This document shows, piece after piece, positions 8,702-19,138 of a stretch of 38,905 bases of DNA. The position numbers were made by a program, and so were the translations under genes. The first letter of the stretch is position 1, and each line of letters begins with the position of its first letter. Source of the stretch: Phycisphaerales bacterium (GTDB taxonomy: Bacteria; Planctomycetota; Phycisphaerae; Phycisphaerales; UBA1924); the NCBI GenBank assembly GCA_016763115.1, contig JAESUL010000160.1:1-38905 (forward strand), written 5' to 3'. The notes under the pieces were generated by a model, which saw only the letters and a program-made list of their open reading frames with translations, did not search any database and had not been told where the DNA came from.

Positions 8702-9991
8702 ATGCCATTCCTAGCAGTAAAAAACCCGCCAGGCCCACCAGAAATGGGCGATGCCGTGGTTGAGTTTACAAATGCCTCGGAGTCTCTTAACGAGCCTATC
8801 GCTGCAACAACAAAAGTTGTGTCTCTAACAAGGTCTGTTGATACATCTGAGTCCTGTTCAGTCTTGGTCACTTCAAGTAATGGTTCTGCAGTAGCAGGCA
8901 CTCACTTTACAGCTGTTAGCGAGACAGTGACATTTGGTGTTGGAGTGACAACCCAGAATGTTAATGTTTCTATGCTCTCTGCCCCAGCTTCCGGGGCGGC
9001 AGACACTTGGTTTGCTTTAACTATAAGTGTGCCTGATAATTGTATTGTGGGCGGTCAAGGATCAGTAAACGTAACTCTTGTGGGGCAACTCCTTCTGAGA
9101 GCTGACTTCAATAATTCCCCGCTTGGCGTCTATACATCTGCTCAGGCCCAGACAGACTTCAACGTTAACGCGTTGGGCTACAACGACGCGATACACGTTG
9201 GCGACGAGTTGATACCAAGCACTAGCATCCCAAATGAGCTAACCAATGTTGTCCTGGACCCGGTAGCTGGGGCTGCTCGCGGTCGTGTCCTTGAGACTGT
9301 GCAATTGCAAGGCAGGGCGGGGCGCGGAACAACTCGTGGGGGATTTGAGGTTCGGGGAGATTTTACTGGCCGGACTCGTGCATTCTTTTGTTACGGCATG
9401 CTCATAGAGGCTGGATTCGATCACCCCAAGCAGTTGAAGATGCCTTGTTTGTGGTCAAAGGATATCTTGACTTCTGGACATGCGAGCGGGGAGACACCAT
9501 CCCCGGCGGCCTTGCTGGGGTTTAATGCTCGAATACAATCGCACGGTAATAGCGCTTTCGGTCGTGGTGATGGTAGTCTTGGCTCTGTCGTTTACGATAA
9601 GCGGTCAACACAATCTACCCGATGGTGTAATACAGATGAGCCGAATAATACTGACTTCAGTACGGCTACTGCTAAACTTGCTACCCAGTTTCTACTCGAT
9701 GATTACGGTGTTTGGCACGATTATGAGGTTGAGGTGGATATCTTGCCCGTAAACGGGACAGGCATAATGAGGATATGGGTTGACACTGTTCTCAGGTATG
9801 AACATGCCCATTTCTGGTTGGACGACGGGACGACAGGTAACGGGCTAGCGAACGACGATTCTTTGATTGATGGCATACGATTTAACACGTTTTACGGTGG
9901 CGCTACTTCCGACCCTGAAAATCAACCTGACCACGATCAAAAGCTGTTCTTTTCTGAGTTGATTGTTTCTACTGTCAGGATAAATCCCTGA
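8702..9991 (+). CDS. Calx-beta domain protein with C-terminal jelly-roll domain resembling polysaccharide lyases (putative depolymerase or adhesin)
   Basis: The N-terminal segment SNGSAVAGTHFTAVSETVTFGVGVTTQNVNVSM fits the Calx-beta consensus. The C-terminal part (GFDHPKQLKMPCLW ... WHDYEVEVD ... GIMRIWVDTVL ... FNTFYGGATSD) resembles the PL14-like Polysacc_lyase pattern from memory only. Confidence 0.5.
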   Translation: MPFLAVKNPPGPPEMGDAVVEFTNASESLNEPIAATTKVVSLTRSVDTSESCSVLVTSSNGSAVAGTHFTAVSETVTFGVGVTTQNVNVSMLSAPASGAADTWFALTISVPDNCIVGGQGSVNVTLVGQLLLRADFNNSPLGVYTSAQAQTDFNVNALGYNDAIHVGDELIPSTSIPNELTNVVLDPVAGAARGRVLETVQLQGRAGRGTTRGGFEVRGDFTGRTRAFFCYGMLIEAGFDHPKQLKMPCLWSKDILTSGHASGETPSPAALLGFNARIQSHGNSAFGRGDGSLGSVVYDKRSTQSTRWCNTDEPNNTDFSTATAKLATQFLLDDYGVWHDYEVEVDILPVNGTGIMRIWVDTVLRYEHAHFWLDDGTTGNGLANDDSLIDGIRFNTFYGGATSDPENQPDHDQKLFFSELIVSTVRINP

Positions 9992-10665
9992 TGGCTATTA
10001 CTGAGGTTGGTAACGCCAGCGCAGGTGGCACGGGCACTGCGGTCAGTGTCACACACGGGCAAACGATATTGGCGGGTGACGTAATAACTACGCTTATCAA
10101 CTGTAATGGCAGTGGCACGACAATTACTGATAACAATTCCGGGGTAGTTCACACGAAGAGTTTTGGGGAGAACGGCGCGCAAACCAGTTCCTATGCGATT
10201 TACGAACGTATCGCCGGGTCTTCTGAGCCAGCAGCTTTTGCGTTCACTTTAGGATCGTCCCAGGATTGGAGTGTTATTACGAGAGTATTCCGCGGTGTTC
10301 ACGCCGATGTTTGGGATGTGGCCCCGGCCGTTGGGACTAGGGCTAGCGGTACAAATAGTCTCACCGCAACTGCTCCAACAATCACAACAGTTAATAACAA
10401 TGCACTTGGTTTGTTAATGGTTGCCTCGGACTCTACGGGACGAGTCTACAGCGCACCAAGTAACGGGTACGGCGGCTTAGTTAATCAAGGTGCTGATAGG
10501 TCAGTTGGATCAGCATTTAGAACGTGGGCAACAGCAGGGGCAACCGGGGCTAGCTCTCTTACTTTGTCTGCTTCTGATGACTGGATAATACATCAAATAG
10601 CGCTTAAACCAGCATCATCAGGCTCCTTACTTTTACAACATTTTAATAACGGGTGGTTAACATGA
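9991..10665 (+). CDS. Hypothetical structural/accessory protein
   Basis: ATG overlaps the upstream TGA (TGATG). Gly/Ser/Thr/Ala-rich and beta-rich in appearance. Confidence 0.6.
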   Translation: MAITEVGNASAGGTGTAVSVTHGQTILAGDVITTLINCNGSGTTITDNNSGVVHTKSFGENGAQTSSYAIYERIAGSSEPAAFAFTLGSSQDWSVITRVFRGVHADVWDVAPAVGTRASGTNSLTATAPTITTVNNNALGLLMVASDSTGRVYSAPSNGYGGLVNQGADRSVGSAFRTWATAGATGASSLTLSASDDWIIHQIALKPASSGSLLLQHFNNGWLT

Positions 10666-11462
10666 GTTCAATAATTATAGATGCTGATTCAGTTAATCAG
10701 AGTGTCAATTTAAGAATGGTTGACTCAGGCGATGGAACCCTGGAGACGGGTGTGGTTGCTGCTACTACTGGCTTAGATATTTGGTATAAGCGCGACCTGG
10801 CGGCCCCAGTTAGTCTCACTGAAAGCAATCTTGCGTTACACACGACAGCGCATACTGATGGCGGTTTACTCCATACTGCTGATGGAGATTATAGGATTGA
10901 TTTTCCCGACGCTGCTTTTGCGACAGGCGTTGACCGCGTGAAGTTGGGCTGGGGCGCAACAGGCATGGTGGGGCAGACGCTGACTGTAATGCTTAATATA
11001 GTAAGCGCGGCAGGCGTTAACACAGAGATAGATACTGCGCTATCCGACATTGGGTTGGATCACTTGCTTGCTGCGTCGGTCTCAGGCTCAGACGTAATGG
11101 ATAATTCTATTTTTGCCAAGCTTGTTAGCAAGTCAGGAACCGCTGATTTTGATGATTTTGTCAATACTAGTGATTCGTTACAGGCAACCAGTGATGCTAT
11201 TGCAGCCGATGGGGTAAGTATAGCCTCTATATTGGCACTGTTAGACGACCCTCGTACTGAGCCCGGCCAGGGTGCTCCTCCTGTAAACCCAGATATAGCT
11301 ACAAAGATTGACTATTTATACAAAGCGTGGAGAAACAAAGGTACGCAAACAGCAACAACTTGGAGTGGATACAACGACGGCGGTTCTGTCGTAGACCAAA
11401 AGACTAATGTTTCTGATGATGGAACAATCGCCACCAGAGGCGAGATTATAACAGGCCCATAA
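10662..11462 (+). CDS. Hypothetical structural/accessory protein
   Basis: ATG 10662 forms an ATGA overlap with the upstream stop (the track's GTG 10653 is less likely). Function not recognised. Confidence 0.6.
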   Translation: MSSIIIDADSVNQSVNLRMVDSGDGTLETGVVAATTGLDIWYKRDLAAPVSLTESNLALHTTAHTDGGLLHTADGDYRIDFPDAAFATGVDRVKLGWGATGMVGQTLTVMLNIVSAAGVNTEIDTALSDIGLDHLLAASVSGSDVMDNSIFAKLVSKSGTADFDDFVNTSDSLQATSDAIAADGVSIASILALLDDPRTEPGQGAPPVNPDIATKIDYLYKAWRNKGTQTATTWSGYNDGGSVVDQKTNVSDDGTIATRGEIITGP

Positions 11463-11463
11463 T

Positions 11464-12408
11464 ATGGCTATTGATACTCCGATTAAGCGCTACTCCATGC
11501 TGAATGTGGGAAGTCCAGTGGTCTTCCCGTTGTTTATCCCTGACGGGGTGGTGGGCATTAATGATAGGTTTCACTTACTTAACCTATATGCTATTATCAG
11601 CAATCCACCTTCTATCACATCAACGGCGATTACGATTTCGACTGAAGATGTACTATATCAATATCAAATAATCACTACCGATGCTGACCTTGATGCTACG
11701 TTTACGTACTCGTTAATCATCTACCCTACAGGAATGACAATCGGCACTAGTACAGGACTGGTGAGTTGGACACCTGTTAATGATGATGTTGGTAATAATT
11801 CCGTTACTGTTCGCGTAACAGATGACACTGGCCTTTACGACCAACAGTCATATACCTTGGCTGTAGCGAATGTCAATGACGTACCCGTTATAACCTCGAC
11901 ACCAATTGAAACTGCCTCTTCAAGCGTCTTGTATCAGTATACAGTCACAGCAACTGACGTTGATGTTGGTGATTTGTTAACGTACTCTTTGCTTGCTCCT
12001 CCCTTTGGTATGTTTATAGATCCTGGTACTGGAATAGTAAGCTGGACACCAGACAACGGGGATGCGGGGACTCATAGTATTTCGGTACGAGCTACCGATA
12101 TAGCTGGGCTTTATGATACACAAACGTTTAACTTAACAGTAGGTGGTGTTACAGCGATGGTAAGTATGGACAATTCACCACCCACGCACTATGCCGGGCC
12201 GCTCTATGTAGGTGATCTAAAGGTCGTAGGCCCACAAGGGACTGCAATCGTGTCTCTTAATAACTTATCGGGTATAGGCACAGATGCACTACAGGATGTA
12301 ACAGCAACCTTCGACCAAGCAGTGTTGAATAATAACTTTAAGGATTGTACAGACAAGATTGAAGAGGTCTTGGCCGCACTTCGCACGCACGGTCTTATAG
12401 CGATATAG
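11464..12408 (+). CDS. Cadherin-like / Ig-like repeat protein with shared C-terminal anchor module
   Basis: Two about 85-aa repeats (aa ~52-136 and ~141-226) share YQY..T..D.D....TYSL...P.GM.I...TG.VSWTP...D.G..S..VR.TD..GLYD.Q...L.V. C-terminal residues 242-314 are homologous to the 8398-8631 product. Confidence 0.75.
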   Translation: MAIDTPIKRYSMLNVGSPVVFPLFIPDGVVGINDRFHLLNLYAIISNPPSITSTAITISTEDVLYQYQIITTDADLDATFTYSLIIYPTGMTIGTSTGLVSWTPVNDDVGNNSVTVRVTDDTGLYDQQSYTLAVANVNDVPVITSTPIETASSSVLYQYTVTATDVDVGDLLTYSLLAPPFGMFIDPGTGIVSWTPDNGDAGTHSISVRATDIAGLYDTQTFNLTVGGVTAMVSMDNSPPTHYAGPLYVGDLKVVGPQGTAIVSLNNLSGIGTDALQDVTATFDQAVLNNNFKDCTDKIEEVLAALRTHGLIAI

Positions 12409-12448
12409 TTCACTCAACTAGCGAGTAATATACAAATAGGATACTAAA

Positions 12449-12736
12449 ATGAGTAACACAAATAAATCAACAGGTACACTAACAGTAGGTACTACACTTA
12501 TTAATAACGGTGTAGCTATTGTCGCAGGTGTCTCTATTACTGCTGCCGCTGCCGACGTAACAGTAACATTATATGATGCTCTTACCGCAACAAGTACAGT
12601 TGTATTTAAGCACATCTTGGATATAACTATCGACGGGTTGTCCACTTATATTCAACTCCCTGATATTAGGTGTACAACCGGCCTAACCGCTGTTGTTGCG
12701 GGCACTGGTGCTGAAGTACAAGTCCACTATCGTTAA
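12449..12736 (+). CDS. Hypothetical protein
   Basis: ATG with TAGGA 8 nt upstream. Thr/Ala/Val-rich, 95 aa. Confidence 0.55.
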   Translation: MSNTNKSTGTLTVGTTLINNGVAIVAGVSITAAAADVTVTLYDALTATSTVVFKHILDITIDGLSTYIQLPDIRCTTGLTAVVAGTGAEVQVHYR

Positions 12737-13029
12737 TGGGTAGAAAAACATATGGCATAGTCGGAGACTGGAACGCACTTTGCGACGTTTGTGGCTTTAA
12801 GATGAAGGCGTCTAAACTCAAGAAACGGTGGGACGGACTTTACGTTTGTATAGATGATTACGAAAAAAGACACCCCTCCGATCTCTTCCGTGTCCCTAAA
12901 GAAGATACAACTGTACCTTGGGTACGAGTAGACGATGATGCCGGCACCTTAAGCCTCTATGTTATTGACATAGGCGGTGATCTCGGTACTGGATTTTATG
13001 TTACTGATGGCTACGTAGGACTAGAATAA
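12736..13029 (+). CDS. Hypothetical Cys-containing protein
   Basis: TAATG overlap with the upstream gene. CDVCGFKMKASKLKKRWDGLYVC suggests a small zinc-binding knuckle. Confidence 0.6.
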   Translation: MGRKTYGIVGDWNALCDVCGFKMKASKLKKRWDGLYVCIDDYEKRHPSDLFRVPKEDTTVPWVRVDDDAGTLSLYVIDIGGDLGTGFYVTDGYVGLE

Positions 13030-13817
13030 TGGCAGTTACCACACGAAGTGTAAAAGGCGCCCCACTTACACACGCAGAACTTGACGCTAACTTTACAACA
13101 TTAGACGGGGATATAACAGCGGTTGGACTTAATAACGTAGTTGGCCCTGCGGTGGCTACAGACAACGCATTGGTACGCTTCAACTTAAGTACAGGGAAGC
13201 TCGTAGAGAACGGACAAACTATCGAGGATGACTCGGGCAATGTTGTTATCGCTGGTACTCTTAACACTCGAACCCTTGCCGCTGATTCGTCAAAACTAGA
13301 TGCGATTGAAGCCTCGGCAGATGTAACCGACACAGCCAACGTCACAACCGCCGGGGCACTGATGGACAGCGAGGTAAGTGTTAACCTTAAAACTTTGACA
13401 CTACCTGCCTCAGCTACCCTTAGTACATACGGCATTACGTTAACAGATGATGCGGACGCACCGACAGCGAGAAAGACATTAGAGACGGGTGAGTTCGATT
13501 TAAAAACTACCACGGCCCTTTCCGATGCCGCTGCTACTCTAACAGCAGCGCAACTCAGGGGTGGTGAGTTCACCATAACACCTACCGTTGCGAGAATACA
13601 AACAACAGATACAGCGACAGCTATCGTTGCTGCTATTACCGGGAGTATCGACAACAGTAACTTCTTGATTACCATAGTTAACTTGGCTGCGTTTGACGTA
13701 ACACTTGCCGCTGGTGTTGGTGTAACCCTTGTAGGTGGTGCGGTAATTAACAACGGATCTGCGACTTGGCGGGTACGTAGGACTTCTGCCACCACTGTAA
13801 CGATTGTGAGGATGTAA
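13029..13817 (+). CDS. Tail fiber / appendage protein 1
   Basis: N-terminus MAVTTRSVKGAPLTHAELDANFTTLDG is shared with the 17621 fiber. Fiber-typical segments GPAVATDNALVRFNLSTGKLVENGQTIEDDSGNVVIAG and SSKLDAIEASADVTDTANVTTAGA. Confidence 0.7.
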   Translation: MAVTTRSVKGAPLTHAELDANFTTLDGDITAVGLNNVVGPAVATDNALVRFNLSTGKLVENGQTIEDDSGNVVIAGTLNTRTLAADSSKLDAIEASADVTDTANVTTAGALMDSEVSVNLKTLTLPASATLSTYGITLTDDADAPTARKTLETGEFDLKTTTALSDAAATLTAAQLRGGEFTITPTVARIQTTDTATAIVAAITGSIDNSNFLITIVNLAAFDVTLAAGVGVTLVGGAVINNGSATWRVRRTSATTVTIVRM

Positions 13818-13824
13818 CAGGACT

Positions 13825-14043
13825 ATGAATCAAGCTGTTGACGTAATTTCAAAACACACACCCGAAGCAATAACATCAAGCGGTGTCGTAACAATGATAG
13901 GATCTGCTAGCGTATGGGGTCTAACACATGCTGAATGGGCAATACTTGGTATCCAGATAGGTATCTTTGTAGGTGTATTGGGTCTTATTATTCAGGTTAT
14001 AGCCCGTTGGGCGGTCATTAAAAAGAACTTGTTTGGGGGATGA
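13825..14043 (+). CDS. Holin (two transmembrane segments)
   Basis: 72 aa. Hydrophobic stretches ITSSGVVTMIGSASVWGL and WAILGIQIGIFVGVLGLIIQVIA, basic C-terminus. ATGA-coupled to the lysozyme gene. Confidence 0.65.
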   Translation: MNQAVDVISKHTPEAITSSGVVTMIGSASVWGLTHAEWAILGIQIGIFVGVLGLIIQVIARWAVIKKNLFGG

Positions 14044-14456
14044 TAATGGATGAGAGGTTGCTTGACGAGGTTGAAAGAAGTGTTGTAATCAACGAAGGTT
14101 ATAGGGCAAAACCATATCAAGACACACTTGGTGTTTGGACTATCGGCCACGGTATCACCTCCCTTACCAAAGAAGAGAGTTTGGCCGTTGTAAGGCTAAA
14201 GTTAGAAGCTATCTTACACCAGCTTAGACATCGGCTACCGTTCTTTCAGCGGCTTCCTCACACAGTTAAGGGGGTACTGATAGAGATGTCGTATCAAATG
14301 GGTGTTGATGGTGTGTTTGGTTTTAAGAAAACACTAGAAGCGATCCGGGGTGGTGACTACGAAGAAGCTGCTGCACAAATGTTAGATAGTAAGTGGCACA
14401 CTCAAACTCCGGGTAGGGCGAAGAGCTTGTCTAAAATAATCGGAGGTGCGTCATAA
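14040..14456 (+). CDS. Endolysin, T4-type (GH24) lysozyme
   Basis: NEGYRAKPYQDTLGVWTIGHGIT matches the GH24 catalytic-region pattern E-x8-D-x5-T. Confidence 0.85.
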   Translation: MIMDERLLDEVERSVVINEGYRAKPYQDTLGVWTIGHGITSLTKEESLAVVRLKLEAILHQLRHRLPFFQRLPHTVKGVLIEMSYQMGVDGVFGFKKTLEAIRGGDYEEAAAQMLDSKWHTQTPGRAKSLSKIIGGAS

Positions 14457-14457
14457 T

Positions 14458-14904
14458 ATGTTTGGATTTCTAGGCTCTCTGTTCGGATCTAAAGCAGCTG
14501 GTGAAAGGATCATTGACGGTGTAAGTAAGGCTGCTGACAAGCTGTTCTATACTTCAGAAGAGAAGGCCGAGGATTCGGCTAAAGCCCGATCAAAGGGCTA
14601 CCAGGTCTATATGAAGTGGCTTGAGTCTACGACCGGAAGCCGACTAGCGCGAAGGTTTATAGCCCTTATGGTTACTGGATTGTGGGTTGTTGAACATGTT
14701 TCTGCAATTGGCTTACAAATAGCATCGGTATTCTCGCTAACCCCTGCTAACCTCATCGAAGCCGGAAAAATACTATCAGACAGCGCCAACAACAATAACG
14801 CCCTAGTTGGGGTTGTCTTGTTATTCTATTTTGGTGGCCCCGCTGCGATGGAAGGCACCAAAGGGCTCGTAAATAAATGGGTTGGAAGTAAAACAATAAA
14901 GTGA
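14458..14904 (+). CDS. Membrane protein, GTA-type 3TM holin-like (formerly DUF3154-like)
   Basis: ATG 14458 (MFGFLGSLFGSK). The N-terminal amphipathic part with the YTSEEKAED motif, followed by hydrophobic segments, resembles that family from memory. Confidence 0.5.
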   Translation: MFGFLGSLFGSKAAGERIIDGVSKAADKLFYTSEEKAEDSAKARSKGYQVYMKWLESTTGSRLARRFIALMVTGLWVVEHVSAIGLQIASVFSLTPANLIEAGKILSDSANNNNALVGVVLLFYFGGPAAMEGTKGLVNKWVGSKTIK

Positions 14905-14944
14905 GTGGAATTTGTAAACCAAGCCAAACGAGGAACTACAGCTA

Positions 14945-15667
14945 ATGGCACTAACAGCGTCAACAGACTACAGCATAGATAGAGATCCTCTTATAAAGTC
15001 TTCTTTGCGTTTGATTGGTGTGGGATCTATCGATGAAGACCCCACACAGGCAGAAATAGACCAAGCCACCATATCTCTTAATATCATGTTAAAGGCTTGG
15101 CAAGCTGACGGTCTTCAATTATGGCAGATAAGAACAAAAAGTCTCACACCTGTTGAAAGTCAGTACCAGTATAGCCTCGGTATAAGCGCTCCGTCCGGAG
15201 ACGTTTTTGGTTCTCGTCCTATGCGTATTATAGACATCTATAGACGCATTACAGCGACTGTTATTGATGTCGTTCTTATTAAGATGAGTCGTGAAGAGTA
15301 TTGGAATTTATCGGATAAGAATATTGAAGGCACTCCCGTCAACTATTACCACGACTTGCAACTAACCAATACTGTGCTTAATATCTGGCCCGCACCAGAC
15401 GCCACGTTTGCTGCTGATTCAACTCTTGAGATCCTTTACCAAAAACCATTTGACGACGTGGACGTAGGTTCTACAGACTCCTTTGAGTTCCCTTCAGAGT
15501 GGTATGAAGCAATCAAGTACGGATTGGCTGCCAGGTTGGCACCTGAGTATGGGATACCCCGTCTTGAGAGAATCCTGTTGCACCAAGAAGCAACAGCTAT
15601 CAAGGACGCAGTTATGGACTGGGATCAAGAGGACTCTTCTATATATCTCTTCCCGGAAACTCGTTAA
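14945..15667 (+). CDS. Head-tail adaptor / tail tubular protein A-like (putative)
   Basis: 240 aa. The pattern LIKSSLRLIGV ... AEIDQATISLNIMLKAWQADGLQLW is typical of podovirus adaptor proteins. Precedes the large nozzle-like gene. Confidence 0.5.
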   Translation: MALTASTDYSIDRDPLIKSSLRLIGVGSIDEDPTQAEIDQATISLNIMLKAWQADGLQLWQIRTKSLTPVESQYQYSLGISAPSGDVFGSRPMRIIDIYRRITATVIDVVLIKMSREEYWNLSDKNIEGTPVNYYHDLQLTNTVLNIWPAPDATFAADSTLEILYQKPFDDVDVGSTDSFEFPSEWYEAIKYGLAARLAPEYGIPRLERILLHQEATAIKDAVMDWDQEDSSIYLFPETR

Positions 15668-17233
15668 GTGACTACTGCCACTATATCAGTTATCGTTGAC
15701 CTTATTATCAAGGCTTTTAGTGGTGCTGGTATTACCGAATATGCGTCTGGGATAACGAATGGTATAGTGCAGAAGCTGGGGGGACGGGTACAAGTCACTC
15801 AGCGTCCCTCGATAGATTTGTTTGTAAACGCCTCTGAGACTGTTGGGACGGACTCACGTGGTCGGGGTGTCTACTACTGGGAAGAGAACTCCACCCTATA
15901 TCTTATAGACAACGACACGGTTTATCGTAACGACTACGGGACAACTGTTGGAACAATATCTGCTGGTACAGAGCGTGTGTCGTTCTTTGAGTCCCTAAAC
16001 TCCACTGGTAATCCTGTGCTGATGGTAGCAGATGCCGAGAACAACAACGCTTTTAGCATCACCACAGGCCACGCACTAGCCGCCCACACCCCCACAAACT
16101 TCCCCACCACTATCGTACACGGTGGTGCTATACTCAACGGTACTTGGTACTTGATGGATGAGAGTGGAATTATATACAATAGTGCTGTTGATAACGTCGA
16201 TAGCTTCCCCGCCACTGCGTTCATCTCCGCTGAAAGAAACGAAGATAGTGGTGTTTACCTGGGGCGACACAGGGAGGGAATAGTAGCGCTTGGTACACGG
16301 ACTGTCGAGTTCTTCTACGACAACGCTAACAATGTCGGGTCTCCGCTAAACAGACGTCCAGAGATCTTCCACAACTTGGGGTGCGGGGATGGGCTATCTG
16401 TGTGGGAAAACGGAGACATCATATACTTTGTGGGTTCTGATCCTAGTGGTACTCTTGGTGTATATAAACTCGAAAACTACTCCTTAGAAAAGGTGTCGTC
16501 AGATACGCTTGATTCTTATGTAAACCATAACGTAACTCAAGAGTCCTTCCGTGTTGTTGGTTCGGGCTTTAACGGTCAAGGTCATTTATTCTATATACTC
16601 ACGCTATATAGTTTAACGACAGATGCAACACCGATAATCTCTCCTGCGAAGACCATCGTATTCGATACTCTAACAACGCTGTGGGGTATGTGGAGTACGA
16701 GCCTTAACGGAAATACTATGTTTCCCCTTATGGCTTGGACTAAACGGACAGGTGGTTTTAACGCAAACATGAGTAGCCGTATTGGTGAGGGTATCCTAGC
16801 TAACGGGGATATCATCACGCTTGGTGATAACATGGTTCCTCTAGACACTGTTCTAGGTTTCACAGGGTATTTTGTTGATACATATATGGAGGTGGGTTAC
16901 TTCAGTTTGACATCACCAGACCAATCTACCAACATCGACTTTGGAATCCGTACAGGGAACTGGAACGGTGGAACGAACAAACTGAAGTTTCAACACAGCG
17001 TTAAGGCAACTATAGATGAAACACCAACATCACAAACTATGGTGTTGAAGTGGTCTACCGGGACAGAACAGGACGGTACGTTTACAACAGGCCGTACCTT
17101 AGATACGAGTAAAAGGGATATAGCGAGGCGTGGCGGTAAGTTTACTAAGCGAAACTTTGACTTGTCTTACTCTGGTGATGAACAATTATATGTCGATGAT
17201 ATCGAGATTGACGTAACAGTTGGGGATTACTAG
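15668..17233 (+). CDS. Tail nozzle / tail tubular protein B-like (putative)
   Basis: GTG start immediately after the upstream TAA. 521 aa, beta-rich. The call rests on position after the adaptor. Confidence 0.5.
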   Translation: MTTATISVIVDLIIKAFSGAGITEYASGITNGIVQKLGGRVQVTQRPSIDLFVNASETVGTDSRGRGVYYWEENSTLYLIDNDTVYRNDYGTTVGTISAGTERVSFFESLNSTGNPVLMVADAENNNAFSITTGHALAAHTPTNFPTTIVHGGAILNGTWYLMDESGIIYNSAVDNVDSFPATAFISAERNEDSGVYLGRHREGIVALGTRTVEFFYDNANNVGSPLNRRPEIFHNLGCGDGLSVWENGDIIYFVGSDPSGTLGVYKLENYSLEKVSSDTLDSYVNHNVTQESFRVVGSGFNGQGHLFYILTLYSLTTDATPIISPAKTIVFDTLTTLWGMWSTSLNGNTMFPLMAWTKRTGGFNANMSSRIGEGILANGDIITLGDNMVPLDTVLGFTGYFVDTYMEVGYFSLTSPDQSTNIDFGIRTGNWNGGTNKLKFQHSVKATIDETPTSQTMVLKWSTGTEQDGTFTTGRTLDTSKRDIARRGGKFTKRNFDLSYSGDEQLYVDDIEIDVTVGDY

Positions 17234-17601
17234 TGGCTATTCAACTCAGCTCCCCACCATCCATCATAAAGGATTTTAACAATCCAGCGTGGACTACGTG
17301 GTTTCATAACCTCCACGAGACGCTTACTCTAAACAAACACCTGTCCTTTATCACGACGGCCACTAGCATTACGGCGGATAAAGAGTCCATTATAATTGCT
17401 ACAGCTCTTGTAACTATAACCCTACCGACAGCAAGCGACAGTGAGGGCTTATCTTATTACATTAAGCGCGTAGTGGCTACGGCTGGCAACGTGGTTGTGT
17501 CATCTTCAGATAATATTGATGGGGCGGCTACGGTAAATATCGCTACAAACTATGACTCTATCAGGGTGTTTTGTGACGGAACTACTTGGCACACAATCTA
17601 A
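17233..17601 (+). CDS. Hypothetical small beta-rich tail-associated protein
   Basis: GTG start overlapping the upstream TAG (TAGTG). 122 aa, lying between the nozzle and fiber genes. Confidence 0.5.
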   Translation: MAIQLSSPPSIIKDFNNPAWTTWFHNLHETLTLNKHLSFITTATSITADKESIIIATALVTITLPTASDSEGLSYYIKRVVATAGNVVVSSSDNIDGAATVNIATNYDSIRVFCDGTTWHTI

Positions 17602-17620
17602 TAACTAGTAGGATTTAACC

Positions 17621-19138
17621 ATGGCATTAACTACACGAGCAGGGTCGGGCGCACTTATAACCCAAGCAGAGGGTGACGCAAACTGGAACACACTTAATGG
17701 TGTTGTAGAATCTGTCACAGGGACTACACACACTATCGACCATACCGATGAGAACAAGACCATCGAGTATAACAATGCTTCACCTATTGCAGTTACATTG
17801 ACAGCCGTTGCAACGATAAACTCTAGTAATGACTCTCAAATAAGTAACCTATCCACCACTCTTAAGAATATTGGTGCAGGGCTTGTTACGGCTACTTGTA
17901 GTGGTGCTGATACTATGGAAGACGGCACTACCTCTTTTACCATCCCCCAGTATCAGTGGTTTACTATACAAACCAATAGTGCGGGTAATGGGTGGATCGT
18001 CTTATCGTTTAGTAACCTAAACAACCCCGCTTTCACAGGCGTCCCTACAGCCCCTACAGCGGCGGCAGATACAAACACAACGCAGATAGCGACTACGGCC
18101 TTCGTCACAACAGAGGATAATCTAAAGGCTGATATTGCGAGTCCAACATTAACAGGTGTCCCGGCTGCCCCTACGGCAGCACCAGCAACAAACACAACCC
18201 AAATATCCACGACTGCGTTTGTCGAGGCAGCGGTCAATGCCCACAACCATATAGGCGGCGATGGCGCAGCTATAGCGCAAGGTGCTATGGCAGCAGCGGC
18301 TATTGGGCAAGCTGAGTTGAAAACGAGTACGGGGATTGTGTCTAAACAGGGAATCGCATTAAACATAGCCTTACCAGGCGGAGAATATGGGTTCTATCCT
18401 CGGACCAGAAGTGGCAATGCCTTCGCATCCGGTGAGGTGCTAGCTCAAATTGCCGGTGGCGACGGCACTATTCCATCTACCTCTTTTATCTGCAACATAT
18501 TCCTCGGCAATGAGGCTGCTGCACAAACCGGCTTTGCCCAACAACGCTACCTCACAGCATCACCTCCCTATGACCTTGGTGATGGAGAAATACCGCTATT
18601 CGTTTTTGCTCTAATTGATAATACCACTGGTGATGTGGTCGCCACATACTCAGCGCCAGAAGCTCCGTGGCACTACAACGGCCCCACCGATATTAGAGCA
18701 GACTTCTATGACTCGCAGGGGATTGGGTTTAAGCGTGTTAAAGATGAAAAGGAAGTTAATAAACTGCTCGGATTATCTGGTAACGTAGGGTTGACAAAAT
18801 CAGGGGCTAAGGGTGACATTGGGTTGACCAGGGCTTACGCGGAAGCATATCAAGGAGCGCCACTTGTTCCGGTGGAAATCACGCAGGGCATTAAACAGGC
18901 CGATATGCCGCTTATTGCCAGACCTATGGAACCGGGCGTTGGACAATCTGTTGTGATGCTTAATCCACTTAGCCCGATAACCTTGCAGCTCTATGAGGCA
19001 GGTGACTTTGATGGCGACTTTAACTTCTCTAGTTTACTTCATAGTGGAAACTTATCATTAAGCAATATCCCCATGGGCTTATCTGGGCCTCCTGGTGTTG
19101 ATGTTGTAGACTTTTCTTGGAGAAACACCCCTCGGTAA
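17621..19138 (+). CDS. Tail fiber protein 2
   Basis: N-terminus MALTTRAGSGALITQAEGDANWNTLNG parallels fiber 1. Contains two copies of the fiber collar motif P.(F/L)TG.P.APTA...TN(T)TQI(A/S)TTAFV. Confidence 0.8.
   Translation: MALTTRAGSGALITQAEGDANWNTLNGVVESVTGTTHTIDHTDENKTIEYNNASPIAVTLTAVATINSSNDSQISNLSTTLKNIGAGLVTATCSGADTMEDGTTSFTIPQYQWFTIQTNSAGNGWIVLSFSNLNNPAFTGVPTAPTAAADTNTTQIATTAFVTTEDNLKADIASPTLTGVPAAPTAAPATNTTQISTTAFVEAAVNAHNHIGGDGAAIAQGAMAAAAIGQAELKTSTGIVSKQGIALNIALPGGEYGFYPRTRSGNAFASGEVLAQIAGGDGTIPSTSFICNIFLGNEAAAQTGFAQQRYLTASPPYDLGDGEIPLFVFALIDNTTGDVVATYSAPEAPWHYNGPTDIRADFYDSQGIGFKRVKDEKEVNKLLGLSGNVGLTKSGAKGDIGLTRAYAEAYQGAPLVPVEITQGIKQADMPLIARPMEPGVGQSVVMLNPLSPITLQLYEAGDFDGDFNFSSLLHSGNLSLSNIPMGLSGPPGVDVVDFSWRNTPR
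18023..18223 (+). repeat. Tandem duplication of the collar motif inside fiber 2
   Basis: NPAFTGVPTAPTAAADTNTTQIATTAFV (aa 135-162) and SPTLTGVPAAPTAAPATNTTQISTTAFV (aa 174-201). Confidence 0.85.
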